From IMG/VR virus record IMGVR_UViG_3300048880_000309, positions 1 through 24,054 of that record: DNA of 24,054 nt; one strand, given 5' to 3'. The position numbers and the translations under genes were made by a program. The notes beneath the pieces are model-generated. The model saw only the letters and a list, made by a program, of their open reading frames with translations, was not told where the DNA came from and ran no database searches. Below, one piece after another: positions 8,267-17,173 of this stretch. Each line of letters starts with the position of its first letter. Positions within the stretch are counted from its first letter, which is position 1. This DNA is from a virus. Lineage: Duplodnaviria; Caudoviricetes.

Positions 8267-8853
8267 CAGGAGAAAAAATGAAGAGAAAGAGTCCCCCTTC
8301 GAAGTTCAAAATTGCAAAATATTGGTTGACCAATAAAAATAAAGTGCTCTCTATCGCAGATTGGCTTTTTATCGACTTGGGAGAGCCAACTTGTTGGGTT
8401 TGCAATGATACATGGGACGGTAAGTTTGATTTTGGCGAGAAGAAAATACTTTTATCAAAGTGTTGGGATAATGCTCCATTGGAACGTTGCCACATTGTAC
8501 CACGCGCGTCAGGAGGCTCATACGAGTGTTCTAATCTTTTCTTAATGTGTGGAGATTGTCATCGAGCCAGCCCAGATACTGTAAATAAAGAAATGTTCTT
8601 TAAGTGGTGTTCTCGATATCGTCAAAGTTATATTATGGGACACCAATTATCAATTATCAAAAGAGGAATTGAATTGTCCGGACTCTCGGATAGAGAGGCT
8701 GTTGGATTACTACATCAGGAAATATTTCCAGGAGAACTACGAGAGGAATTAAGGCGTCAAAAGGCCAATACACACGGAGCAATACTCTCCGAGGGAACTA
8801 AAGAAGTGGTCATCGCTCAAACTTTATTAAGAATTAACAGGAGAAAAAATGAA
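8264..8853 (+). mobile_element. HNH gene cassette bounded by exact 19-bp direct repeats TAACAGGAGAAAAAATGAA (8264-8282 and 8835-8853)
   Basis: Both copies read directly. The first contains the nrdJ stop, RBS and HNH start; the second contains the RBS and start of the GroES-like gene. Confidence 0.6.
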
Positions 8854-8871
8854 AACTTTCAAGCCACATAA
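8278..8871 (+). CDS. HNH endonuclease
   Basis: CWVC...LERCHIVPRASGGSYECSNLFLMCGDCH; start at ATG 8278 after AGGAG. Confidence 0.88.
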   Translation: MKRKSPPSKFKIAKYWLTNKNKVLSIADWLFIDLGEPTCWVCNDTWDGKFDFGEKKILLSKCWDNAPLERCHIVPRASGGSYECSNLFLMCGDCHRASPDTVNKEMFFKWCSRYRQSYIMGHQLSIIKRGIELSGLSDREAVGLLHQEIFPGELREELRRQKANTHGAILSEGTKEVVIAQTLLRINRRKNENFQAT

Positions 8872-9130
8872 CAGATATATGTTGATTGAAATGATAGAAG
8901 AAGAAGAAAAAAAAGAAACAGACATACTTCTACCCGAAGACTTCAAGGAAGAGAAGTCAGAGTGCGTCATAGTAAAAGTATTGGACTATGCCTTTAATTG
9001 TAACCTACGTTGGGTAGAGGGAGAACTGGCAGTCGTAGAGCGCAACATGATTAGAGAAATTAAAGTAGAAGACAGCACCTATTTGGTAGTTCTAGAGAAT
9101 TATATAGTAGGTGCAATAGATGAAAAATAA
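8849..9130 (+). CDS. groES: GroES-like co-chaperonin
   Basis: 93 aa; KPHNRYMLIE...ILLPE...VxV...EIKVEDSTYLVVLENYIVG parallels the Cpn10 pattern. Divergent; the mobile loop lacks GG. Confidence 0.72.
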   Translation: MKTFKPHNRYMLIEMIEEEEKKETDILLPEDFKEEKSECVIVKVLDYAFNCNLRWVEGELAVVERNMIREIKVEDSTYLVVLENYIVGAIDEK

Positions 9131-11093
9131 AAAAATAGAACTGTATGACGATGGCATTGGCGCTGTAGAATACGTCGAGCACATGGGGAAAGACATAACA
9201 GTTGTCAACGCAGCCAGAGTTTCTTTTGGAAAGCATTGCGACTTTCTAGACCTCAAGGGCGAAAAACTAATTAACTATCTTATCAAGCACAAGCATACAA
9301 GTACACTGGAGCATAACGTTGTGACGTTTCGCTTCAAGGTTCCTCTCTATGTCAGATCTCAGCACCACAGACATCGTACATGGTGCCTTTCAGGGGATAC
9401 AGAAATAACTTTCAACAGGCCGGACAGATGGAGAAAAGGACAACACTGTAAGCAATCTTCTTGGAGAGAAGGGGGCTTTACGATTGCTGAGTTGTATAGG
9501 AAATGGAACACAAAAGCAGGAAAGAAAAGAATTAAGAATCAATTAGTTAGGGTTTATGATGAGAAAGAGAAAAAATTCTCTGTTTCAAATATTTGTGATG
9601 TCATGTACAGTGGCAAGAAGGACGTCTTTAAAGTTACGCTAGAGAATGGAAAAGAGATAAAAAGTAGCAAGGATCATCTCTTTTTGACATCTGAAGGGTG
9701 GCAAACTCTAGAGAAAGCAATTGGTCTCGATATGAGCAAAAACAAGAAAGCAACATTCTCTAAAGACTCTTTCTTTCTTACAAACGGAACTAATGATTTG
9801 TGGAGATCTTATGACTGGATGAAGAAGAAGAGAGAAGAAGGCCTGAGTGTTTCTGAGATAGCCGAAGAAGCTAAGTGCTCTTATCACAATATTCGTAAAT
9901 GGCTTAAGGTACATGGTTTGCAATTTAATCAAGTTGAGGTTATGCTAGAACATAACAGGGTTAATGGGCCATGGAATAAGGGAAAGAAGGGTTATAAAGT
10001 AAATAAGAAACCCATAACAAAAGAACATAGAGAAGCAATTATAAAATCACGTTCTGGGGAGAATTCTAATTTTTGGAAAGGTGGTGTTTCCCCAGAGCGT
10101 TCAAAAATAGCTAGATGGACAACAGATAATGCAAAAAATGTTCACGCTAAGTATGACTATACATGTCAAGAGTGCGAACAGAGGGGTGGTAAGCTACATG
10201 CCCATCACGTCAAGTCTGTTGTAGAATTTCCCGAATATGCTTATGACTTTGATAATCTTGTGACGGTTTGCGCTCCTTGTCACTATAAGATTCATCATGG
10301 AAAAGAAATGAGCAGGAGTAAAAAAGGGACTCCACTCGCAGGAATCTACAGTAAGGTGGTCAAGGTGGAGTATGTTGGAGAAGAGGATACTTTTGATTTA
10401 AGTATTTCTGGAGATAATCACAATTTTGTAGCAAATGGCATTGTTGTTCACAATTCTTACAATGAAATTAGTCGGAGATATACAGAAGAAAATTTGGAGT
10501 TCTACGTCCCTCAGCAGTATCGCACTCAACACAAAAGCAATAGGCAAGCAAGCAACCAAGAAGGACTTATTAATCCACATATTCTAGGAGAAGAGTTTAA
10601 TTACTCAGGAGAGAATGACATAATTAGTGCGTATGTTGGAGTATCTAACCCCTACTTGGACATGATGGAGTTGAACGAGGCGCATCACCAATGGTGTCTT
10701 TATCTTTACAACTTCATGATGGAAAAGGGAGTTTGCCGAGAACAAGCCAGAGGTGTCCTGCCACAAAACCTCTATACAGAATATTACGGCACAGTCAATC
10801 TCAACAACCTAATGAAATTCATCTCTCTTAGAACCCACGAAGGCGCACAATGGGAAATACAGAAAGTAGCAGAAGCTTGTTTGGAGATTGCAAGAGATTT
10901 GTGGCCTGTGACGGTTGAGGCGTATGAGAGGATAAAGAGCGGGGATGTTTTATCGAAAGAAGAAATGGAAAGGAGGAAGCCATTGCCTGTAGAGGTTTTG
11001 GCGGGAGGGGCATTACATGATTCCGTCCATTTTGAAAAAAGTGGTACGCGAAAACCCAAAAGGGGAAAAACGAATAAGTCATGCGAACAATAG
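9120..11093 (+). CDS. thyX: Flavin-dependent thymidylate synthase ThyX precursor containing an intein
   Basis: VVNAARVSF, HTSTLEH, RSQHHRHRTW|SYNEISRRY (ThyX motif split by the insertion), REQARGVLP, FISLR and AQWEI; exteins total 300 aa. Confidence 0.93.
   Translation: MKNKKIELYDDGIGAVEYVEHMGKDITVVNAARVSFGKHCDFLDLKGEKLINYLIKHKHTSTLEHNVVTFRFKVPLYVRSQHHRHRTWCLSGDTEITFNRPDRWRKGQHCKQSSWREGGFTIAELYRKWNTKAGKKRIKNQLVRVYDEKEKKFSVSNICDVMYSGKKDVFKVTLENGKEIKSSKDHLFLTSEGWQTLEKAIGLDMSKNKKATFSKDSFFLTNGTNDLWRSYDWMKKKREEGLSVSEIAEEAKCSYHNIRKWLKVHGLQFNQVEVMLEHNRVNGPWNKGKKGYKVNKKPITKEHREAIIKSRSGENSNFWKGGVSPERSKIARWTTDNAKNVHAKYDYTCQECEQRGGKLHAHHVKSVVEFPEYAYDFDNLVTVCAPCHYKIHHGKEMSRSKKGTPLAGIYSKVVKVEYVGEEDTFDLSISGDNHNFVANGIVVHNSYNEISRRYTEENLEFYVPQQYRTQHKSNRQASNQEGLINPHILGEEFNYSGENDIISAYVGVSNPYLDMMELNEAHHQWCLYLYNFMMEKGVCREQARGVLPQNLYTEYYGTVNLNNLMKFISLRTHEGAQWEIQKVAEACLEIARDLWPVTVEAYERIKSGDVLSKEEMERRKPLPVEVLAGGALHDSVHFEKSGTRKPKRGKTNKSCEQ
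9384..10454 (+). mobile_element. Intein (357 aa) with HNH endonuclease and NUMOD3/HTH-like DNA-binding segments
   Basis: Starts CLSGDT; block B SSKDHLFLT; ends TFDLSI...HNFVANGIVVHN followed by Ser+1. Internal CQEC...HAHHVKS...DNLVTVCAPCHYKIH. Confidence 0.92.
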
Positions 11094-11869
11094 ATAATAT
11101 AGTAATTGGCTCGACAGCCACTGCCGCAAAGTTTGCAGAAGACAACAACTTTCCAATCCTCTTGACAACCCCTCACAACTATGCTTTAATAGACAAAGAC
11201 AAAAGAGAACAAAAAATAAAAATACTCTTTTACTTCTATATTAAAGGACAAGCCCTAAATCATATTCCAATTGAAAGAATTGAAATAGAAGATAATATCA
11301 TGTCCTTCTTTGATGGCTACAAAAGAAAAGAAATCCTATTTGAAAAGCTTTTTCTTTTTGACTTTGTCAATGTAAACTGCGAAGGCTTCCAGGTCCTTGA
11401 AGAACAGAACTTCTATAGGATCATAGACTGGGTCAACTTTAGATCAGGAGGAGAACATAACTATGATCACATCTACATTGGAGACAGAACATTGTTTGAC
11501 ATACACTTCGTCCCCTCCAAAAGACATTCTAGCTACGGCTTCAAGGACGCCATCGTTTTTTCATATCTCCTAGAGGAAGAGTTAGACTGTCCAGACCACA
11601 GCCACAGCATTATGAGATTGAGACTTCTTCAGGTCTTTGAGGAACATGAACTAAAAAATCCTCGCAGTGGAAAAGTTATTGTCCCCAAGATTGAAATGGC
11701 CGATAGACAAAAAAATAAAATAATGCAATACAAAGTCACTACTCCAGACAATATTGAATATTATAACTCTTACTACGACGAGGTAATTGATGGAAAAACA
11801 AAAAGCATTCTCAACGAGAGCGTCATTTCACTTGGCTGGGATAGTACCGATAGCCAAACCTCCATTTGA
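11081..11869 (+). CDS. Hypothetical protein with degenerate Rossmann-like N-terminus
   Basis: 262-aa ORF; NIVIGSTATAAKFA resembles a dinucleotide-binding beta-alpha start but lacks the full GxGxxG. Confidence 0.65.
   Translation: MRTIDNIVIGSTATAAKFAEDNNFPILLTTPHNYALIDKDKREQKIKILFYFYIKGQALNHIPIERIEIEDNIMSFFDGYKRKEILFEKLFLFDFVNVNCEGFQVLEEQNFYRIIDWVNFRSGGEHNYDHIYIGDRTLFDIHFVPSKRHSSYGFKDAIVFSYLLEEELDCPDHSHSIMRLRLLQVFEEHELKNPRSGKVIVPKIEMADRQKNKIMQYKVTTPDNIEYYNSYYDEVIDGKTKSILNESVISLGWDSTDSQTSI
11162..11190 (+). promoter_or_regulatory. Candidate intragenic sigma70-type promoter
   Basis: TTGACA (11162-11167), 17-nt spacer ending TGC, TTTAAT (11185-11190); same CTTGACA...TGC layout as the intergenic promoters, but the -10 lacks the conserved A at position 2. 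Confidence 0.4.
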
Positions 11870-12668
11870 CTTTAACCTGCCATATGACGACTGTCTACTT
11901 CCCTTGGGAATAAATTATACAGCAATTGAAAGAGCCGTGTCAGAGTGTGCATTTGCAGGGTGCGAAACAATATGGATTGTTGGACACAGAGACATGCAGC
12001 CCCTAATTAGGCACAGACTAGGTACAAAGATAGTAGACCCCATAACTCTCATGCCTTGCCGCCGCCCCCAGTCTCACATTATAAAGCCCATCCAAATTTA
12101 CTACGTCCCAATTCACCCCTCAGACAAGGAAAGAAGAGACTGTCTATCTTATTCAGTGCTGTATGGGGCCTTGACAGCTTTTTTGATAACTGCGAAGATA
12201 AGCAAGTGGGTAACACCAGATAAATATTATGCTTCCTTTCCCTGGGGAGCGTATAATGAAAACGTTGCTGGCCTAAATCGTGCCAAAATATCCTCAAAAG
12301 AGAATTTTTCTTTTTCTTATAACGATAGGACAATTAGAGACAACTTTATGACCGGCTTCACCTTCGGACCGGACGATTGGAAGAGAGCCAACAAGGTATT
12401 TAAAGAATTATCAAAGGAACGTTTCTTTTATAGCGAGGATTCTCCCAAAATAAAGTACAACTTTCCTCTTGACAAAATTTTTGTTTCTGTTAAGATGCAA
12501 AACGTTGTCGAACTTGAAAGCTTTTATCAAATTGATTCTTGGGAGGGATATAAAAAATATATAAGTTCAGATTTGGAACTAATTAGACCGTCCTTTTTGA
12601 GAAATATGAAAGATTGGACCAAAATACCCACAATAGGAGATGAAGATGACATCACAACAGAAGTATGA
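11790..12668 (+). CDS. Divergent sugar-phosphate nucleotidyltransferase-like protein (NTP_transferase / GT-A fold)
   Basis: LAGIVPIA...CLLPLG...AIERAVSECAFAGCETIWIV resembles the N-terminus of RmlA/GalU-type enzymes but lacks GxGTR. GAGG RBS before ATG 11790. Confidence 0.6.
   Translation: MEKQKAFSTRASFHLAGIVPIAKPPFDFNLPYDDCLLPLGINYTAIERAVSECAFAGCETIWIVGHRDMQPLIRHRLGTKIVDPITLMPCRRPQSHIIKPIQIYYVPIHPSDKERRDCLSYSVLYGALTAFLITAKISKWVTPDKYYASFPWGAYNENVAGLNRAKISSKENFSFSYNDRTIRDNFMTGFTFGPDDWKRANKVFKELSKERFFYSEDSPKIKYNFPLDKIFVSVKMQNVVELESFYQIDSWEGYKKYISSDLELIRPSFLRNMKDWTKIPTIGDEDDITTEV
12469..12496 (+). promoter_or_regulatory. Candidate intragenic promoter upstream of dnaE
   Basis: TTGACA (12469-12474), 16-nt spacer ending TGT, TAAGAT (12491-12496). 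Confidence 0.5.
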
Positions 12669-12891
12669 CGCACTATCACATGTACTCAAAAGAGAGGCAG
12701 GCTGGGAGATATGGTACACACACCTAAGCCGTGAACAACAAAACCTAGTTGATGCAATTTTTGACATAAATTTGAGTTCTTTTCAAATTAAAAAGGAAAT
12801 TGACATTGTCAAAGACAACCTAATCATTCTTCAAGAAGACCTGGACTTTGCTACAGAACAAGTAAATAATCTCTACAGGGACAACAAATGA
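12640..12891 (+). CDS. Hypothetical protein with C-terminal coiled coil
   Basis: 83-aa ORF, AGGAG upstream (ATG 12646 is an alternative start), ATGA overlap with dnaE. Confidence 0.7.
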   Translation: MKMTSQQKYDALSHVLKREAGWEIWYTHLSREQQNLVDAIFDINLSSFQIKKEIDIVKDNLIILQEDLDFATEQVNNLYRDNK

Positions 12892-15800
12892 AAGAATCGA
12901 AACTGAAGTTCGTTGGGCTACATGCACATAGTTGTGCAGGCTCCCCCTTCGATGCCTTGGGGTACCCCGGCGATCACATGGACTATGCCCATGAGAATGG
13001 CATGAACGCCCTGGCTCTGACAGACCACGGAAACATGAATGGCCTCAGTTGGCAAGTAGAACACGCCAAGAAGATGCTCAAAGAAGGCAAAAATTTTAAG
13101 CCCATCTTTGGCTGCGAGGCCTATTATATTCCCTCCATTGACGTTTGGCACAAGGATTATGAACATAACAAAGAGAAGAAAAAAGAAAAAGTAAAGGGCA
13201 TCATTCATGAAGACGACGACAAACATCGCCAACTCATAACTAACGCCCACTTTCTCCTTCTTGCAAAGAATCAAAAGGGCTTAAATAATCTTTTTAAACT
13301 AATCTCTGATTCATACCTAAGAGAAAACTTTTATCGCAAGCCCAGGATTGACCTCAAAGCACTTCGCAAGTACAGTGAAGGCCTCATTGCCACTACAACT
13401 TGCATCAGTGGCCCATTTGCCAAGATAGTTTGGCAGAACCCTGAGCTAGGTCACTTCGAACTTTTGGACATCATGAGGCCAATGGTCGAACAGTTCCTAG
13501 AAATCTTTGGTCACAACTATTATGGCGAAGTCCAATGGAACAACATCCCAGAACAACACAAATTAAATAAATGTATCATTGATCTATCAAAAGAATACGA
13601 TATTAAACTCATTTCTACTGTAGATAGTCACTATGCTAGGCCAGAACTGTGGAGAGACAGAGAACTATACAAACGCCTAGGTTGGCTCGGAGCCTCTAAG
13701 AAGCCAGAGTGGCTTTCGGATGAAATCCCAGACGATGTAGACAAAATAGGATATGAACTATATCCCAAGAATGGCGACCAAGTCTTTGAATCCTACATCA
13801 AATATTCCAAAGAGTGTGACGTAGAATATGATCCTGACGTTATCGCAGAGAGTATAGAAAATACATATGCCCTTGCTCATAACGAGATTGAAAACTTTTT
13901 GCCAGATAGTACAGTTCGATTGCCCAACTTTGTTGTACCAGAGGACATGACAGCAGACGAAGCACTGGGCAAATATTGCATTGCCGGATTGAAGACGAAG
14001 GCAGAACATAAGCAGACAAGAGAATATGTCAAACGTCTTTGTTCAGAACTAAAAATTATTAAGAGCCGTGGCTTTTCAAAGTACTTTTTGACAATGAAGG
14101 CAATAGCAGATAAGGCAGTCGAGTCACAAATAACAGGCCCAGGTAGAGGATCTGCTGCTGGCTCTCTTGTGGCCTATACTCTAGGCATTACTCAAGTAGA
14201 TCCTATTAAGTATGGCCTATTGTTCTCTCGCTTTCTAAGGGAAGATGCCAAAGATTATCCTGATATTGACTACGATGTCTCCGAACCAATGGTCCTCAAA
14301 GAGAAATTGATTGAAGAGTGGGGCAGCAATGTCGTTGTTCCTATAAGCAACTGGAACACACTCCAGCTTCGATCTCTTATCAAAGACATAGCAAAGTTTT
14401 ATAATGTGCCCTTCCAGGAAGTAAATCATGTTACTGGTGTAATGCTAGACGAAGCAACACCCCCTGCAAAAATGAAAAACAATATAAGATCGGGCGTGTA
14501 TACCCCAACTTTTGATGAAGTTAAAGAGTTTAGTCCTACCTTGCGAGTCTTTTTAGAAGATTATCCCCAAGTTAAAGTACACATTGACGAGCTTTACGGC
14601 CAAGTGCGATCTTGTTCTCGACATGCAGGCGGTGTTGTGGTAGGAGAAGACCTGGACAAGCACATGCCCCTAATCAACAGCAGAGGAGTTCGGCAGACTC
14701 CCTGGTCTGAAGGACAGAACGTCCGGCACCTTGAACCACTGGGCTTCATTAAGTTCGATGTCCTTGGGCTAGCAAGCTTGCGAATGATTGAAAGTGCAAT
14801 AAAAAAAATATTGACTAGACAAGGCACAAAGGAACCAACCTTCAATGACATAAAAGATTTCTATAACAAAAACCTCCACCCAGATACCATGGACTTAAAT
14901 GATCAGAAAGTATATAAAAATATATTCCACGATGGGAGATGGGCTGGCGTCTTTCAATTCACAGAAGAAGGAGCCCAAGCTTTTTGCGAAAGGGCAATGC
15001 CCACCAGTATCGTTGACATCGCAGCAATCACAAGCATATTTAGACCTGGACCCCTCGCAGCAAAAGTTGACAATCGCTATATTGATACCAAAGAAGGGAC
15101 TGTGTACAGAGAATACCCACATCAAATAGTAAAAGAAGTGACAAGCGAAACACACGGGTTCCTTATCTTCCAGGAACAGATAGCTCTCTTGGCCCATCTC
15201 TTGGGCGACAACATATCTCTGGACGAAGGAAACAAACTCAGAAAACTTTTGACCAAGAAGGGAACAGGCCAGACAGAAGAAGAAAAAGATAAAATTCGTG
15301 ACAAATTCTTTAGAGGCTGCGACAATAAGGGAATAACTTCCAAAGGCAAAATAGAACTATGGAAGAATTTTGAATACTTCAGTGGCTACGGCTTCAATAA
15401 GAGTCATGCTATTTCATATTCCCTACTGTCTTTCCAGTGTGCCTATCTTCTCAATTATTATCCCATAGAGTGGATGGCTGCTTTCTTGGACAAAGAGCCA
15501 GAGACAAGAAAACAAAAAGCTATTAGCATAGCCAAGGGCGCAGGCTTTGATATATCGCCAGTAGATATAAACACTTCCGATAGAGACTGGGCTATATTAA
15601 ATGATCATACCCTAGTCCAACCACTGTCTTCCATCAAAGGATTGGGAGACAAAGCAATAGACGAAATTTTAGAACATCGTCCTTTCACTAGCGTAGAGGA
15701 CCTCATCTTCAGGAAAGGCATGGCCTACAGCAAACTCAACAAGAGATCACTTGATGTTCTAATTCGCGCAGCAGCGATGAACGAATTGATGGATGAAAGG

Positions 15801-16277
15801 TTTGATGGAGCAAAACATTTTTGGTCAGCGGTTTCCGTAATCCGCCCCAAAACAAAAAAAGCTTTAGAAAAAAATATTGAAGCTTATAGAGAAGAGGGTG
15901 ACTTTTCAGTGGCAGAGAAGATCGAACACCAGACGGAACTAACAGGCATGTATCCCTTTGATTTGGTCATGCCAGAGGACCTACATGAATTTTTTCAAAG
16001 AAACATGACTCCCCCTCTTTCAAAATATGATGAAGCTTTGGGAGAAGCATGGTTTATTGTAAGAAGTGTCACCAACAAAGTTACTAAAAATAATAGGTCC
16101 TTCTGCATCATTGAATGTATTGATCCCTTCGGAGAAAATATAATTAGATGCTGGGGAGCAAAAATAAAAAAAGGACACCTATTAATAAACAAAGTATATA
16201 CAGCAAATTTAGTTCATAGTTCTAGATGGGGTTTTAGTATAAAAGACGTAAAAGAAAATATGAAAAGAATATCTTGA
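12888..16277 (+). CDS. dnaE: DNA polymerase III alpha subunit (family C)
   Basis: PHP domain (LHAHS, ALTDHG, GCEAY, DSHY), GPGRGSAAGSLVAY, PDIDYD, SRHAGG, KFDVLGL, GVFQF, YGFNKSHA and IKGLG (HhH). Confidence 0.96.
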   Translation: MKESKLKFVGLHAHSCAGSPFDALGYPGDHMDYAHENGMNALALTDHGNMNGLSWQVEHAKKMLKEGKNFKPIFGCEAYYIPSIDVWHKDYEHNKEKKKEKVKGIIHEDDDKHRQLITNAHFLLLAKNQKGLNNLFKLISDSYLRENFYRKPRIDLKALRKYSEGLIATTTCISGPFAKIVWQNPELGHFELLDIMRPMVEQFLEIFGHNYYGEVQWNNIPEQHKLNKCIIDLSKEYDIKLISTVDSHYARPELWRDRELYKRLGWLGASKKPEWLSDEIPDDVDKIGYELYPKNGDQVFESYIKYSKECDVEYDPDVIAESIENTYALAHNEIENFLPDSTVRLPNFVVPEDMTADEALGKYCIAGLKTKAEHKQTREYVKRLCSELKIIKSRGFSKYFLTMKAIADKAVESQITGPGRGSAAGSLVAYTLGITQVDPIKYGLLFSRFLREDAKDYPDIDYDVSEPMVLKEKLIEEWGSNVVVPISNWNTLQLRSLIKDIAKFYNVPFQEVNHVTGVMLDEATPPAKMKNNIRSGVYTPTFDEVKEFSPTLRVFLEDYPQVKVHIDELYGQVRSCSRHAGGVVVGEDLDKHMPLINSRGVRQTPWSEGQNVRHLEPLGFIKFDVLGLASLRMIESAIKKILTRQGTKEPTFNDIKDFYNKNLHPDTMDLNDQKVYKNIFHDGRWAGVFQFTEEGAQAFCERAMPTSIVDIAAITSIFRPGPLAAKVDNRYIDTKEGTVYREYPHQIVKEVTSETHGFLIFQEQIALLAHLLGDNISLDEGNKLRKLLTKKGTGQTEEEKDKIRDKFFRGCDNKGITSKGKIELWKNFEYFSGYGFNKSHAISYSLLSFQCAYLLNYYPIEWMAAFLDKEPETRKQKAISIAKGAGFDISPVDINTSDRDWAILNDHTLVQPLSSIKGLGDKAIDEILEHRPFTSVEDLIFRKGMAYSKLNKRSLDVLIRAAAMNELMDERFDGAKHFWSAVSVIRPKTKKALEKNIEAYREEGDFSVAEKIEHQTELTGMYPFDLVMPEDLHEFFQRNMTPPLSKYDEALGEAWFIVRSVTNKVTKNNRSFCIIECIDPFGENIIRCWGAKIKKGHLLINKVYTANLVHSSRWGFSIKDVKENMKRIS

Positions 16278-16302
16278 CAAACAATTTCTATTGTGCTATC
16301 TT
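16274..16302 (+). promoter_or_regulatory. Sigma70-type promoter with extended -10
   Basis: TTGACA (16274-16279), 17-nt spacer ending TGC, TATCTT (16297-16302). Confidence 0.78.
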
Positions 16303-16332
16303 ATACCAAGACTAAAAAATATAGGAGAAAAT

Positions 16333-16518
16333 ATGTCAACAGTAAATTATCTCTTCCTCTCACTCTTTATTTCCGCAGCAGGGCTACTTCTTACTATGAA
16401 GCGCTTTGACCCAAGACACGAGAAGGTAAGCATACTAGAAGCTATTTTTGTTTTAGGGTGGACTGTGGCCCTACTAGCCAGTGCAATTGGAATATATTCA
16501 ACAAGAGTAATTAACTAA
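16333..16518 (+). CDS. Small two-helix membrane protein
   Basis: AGGAG RBS before ATG 16333; hydrophobic stretches YLFLSLFISAAGLLL and ILEAIFVLGWTVALLASAIGIY. Confidence 0.72.
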   Translation: MSTVNYLFLSLFISAAGLLLTMKRFDPRHEKVSILEAIFVLGWTVALLASAIGIYSTRVIN

Positions 16519-16533
16519 AAAAAGGAGAAAAAC

Positions 16534-16776
16534 ATGGGACAGTTAAAGTATGATGCATTAGAAAAAAAGTGTGAAGCAGAGATGCTTCAAGCTAAAGCAA
16601 TTTTGGAAGTTTATTTTACAAGTTCGGTGGGCATTGGAGAGCATCACCAAATCATAGACGAAATGAATAAGCAGTTACTTCTTTATCACGATGCCAAAGG
16701 AAAGCTCGAATCACTTCAAGAGATCGTAAGACATCCCGTAGAAGAGAATAGCCCTAGCCCTCAAGAAGAGGAATGA
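16534..16776 (+). CDS. Hypothetical phage protein (VGIGEH motif)
   Basis: 80-aa ORF with AAGGAG RBS. Confidence 0.78.
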   Translation: MGQLKYDALEKKCEAEMLQAKAILEVYFTSSVGIGEHHQIIDEMNKQLLLYHDAKGKLESLQEIVRHPVEENSPSPQEEE

Positions 16777-16777
16777 A

Positions 16778-17173
16778 ATGCTAAACTTCAAAGAAGTTAC
16801 TGAGTTCTATGAAGAGACACAAAAAATAAAAGAAACATATACAAAACAGAGAGACGAAATAGACAAACAACTAAAGAAGTGCAACGAAGAAGAGAAAGAA
16901 AATCTTAAAGACTTAGTAGAACAGGTCGTAAGTGATGGATGGACACGCATTGAACTTTATGATTCAAGACATGGAAGCACACACTTCTTCTTGTGTCCGC
17001 CTATTCCCTATCAACCACAAGTAAGTTCTACTTTTCTAAGCCTTGAGTCTTATGACCAAGAGTGCCGACCCACAACACCAGAAGGTGTCTTCTTCTTTGC
17101 TGTACAAGAACAGTGGGTTGAAGATTTCTCCAAAGGTGCTGTCTTTCCAACACTTAACGAAGGAGAATATTGA
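16778..17173 (+). CDS. Hypothetical protein with N-terminal coiled coil
   Basis: 131-aa ORF, GAGG RBS, tightly packed between neighbours. Confidence 0.72.
   Translation: MLNFKEVTEFYEETQKIKETYTKQRDEIDKQLKKCNEEEKENLKDLVEQVVSDGWTRIELYDSRHGSTHFFLCPPIPYQPQVSSTFLSLESYDQECRPTTPEGVFFFAVQEQWVEDFSKGAVFPTLNEGEY

Noticed and set aside
6401-16277. Group I introns or inteins in nrdJ and dnaE
   Set aside because: Both are continuous ORFs of ordinary length with contiguous motifs and no intein termini.
16291-16332. TTG start for the membrane protein; likewise starts at 8230 and 2177
   Set aside because: These lie inside a promoter or the upstream gene; the downstream ATGs have proper RBSs.
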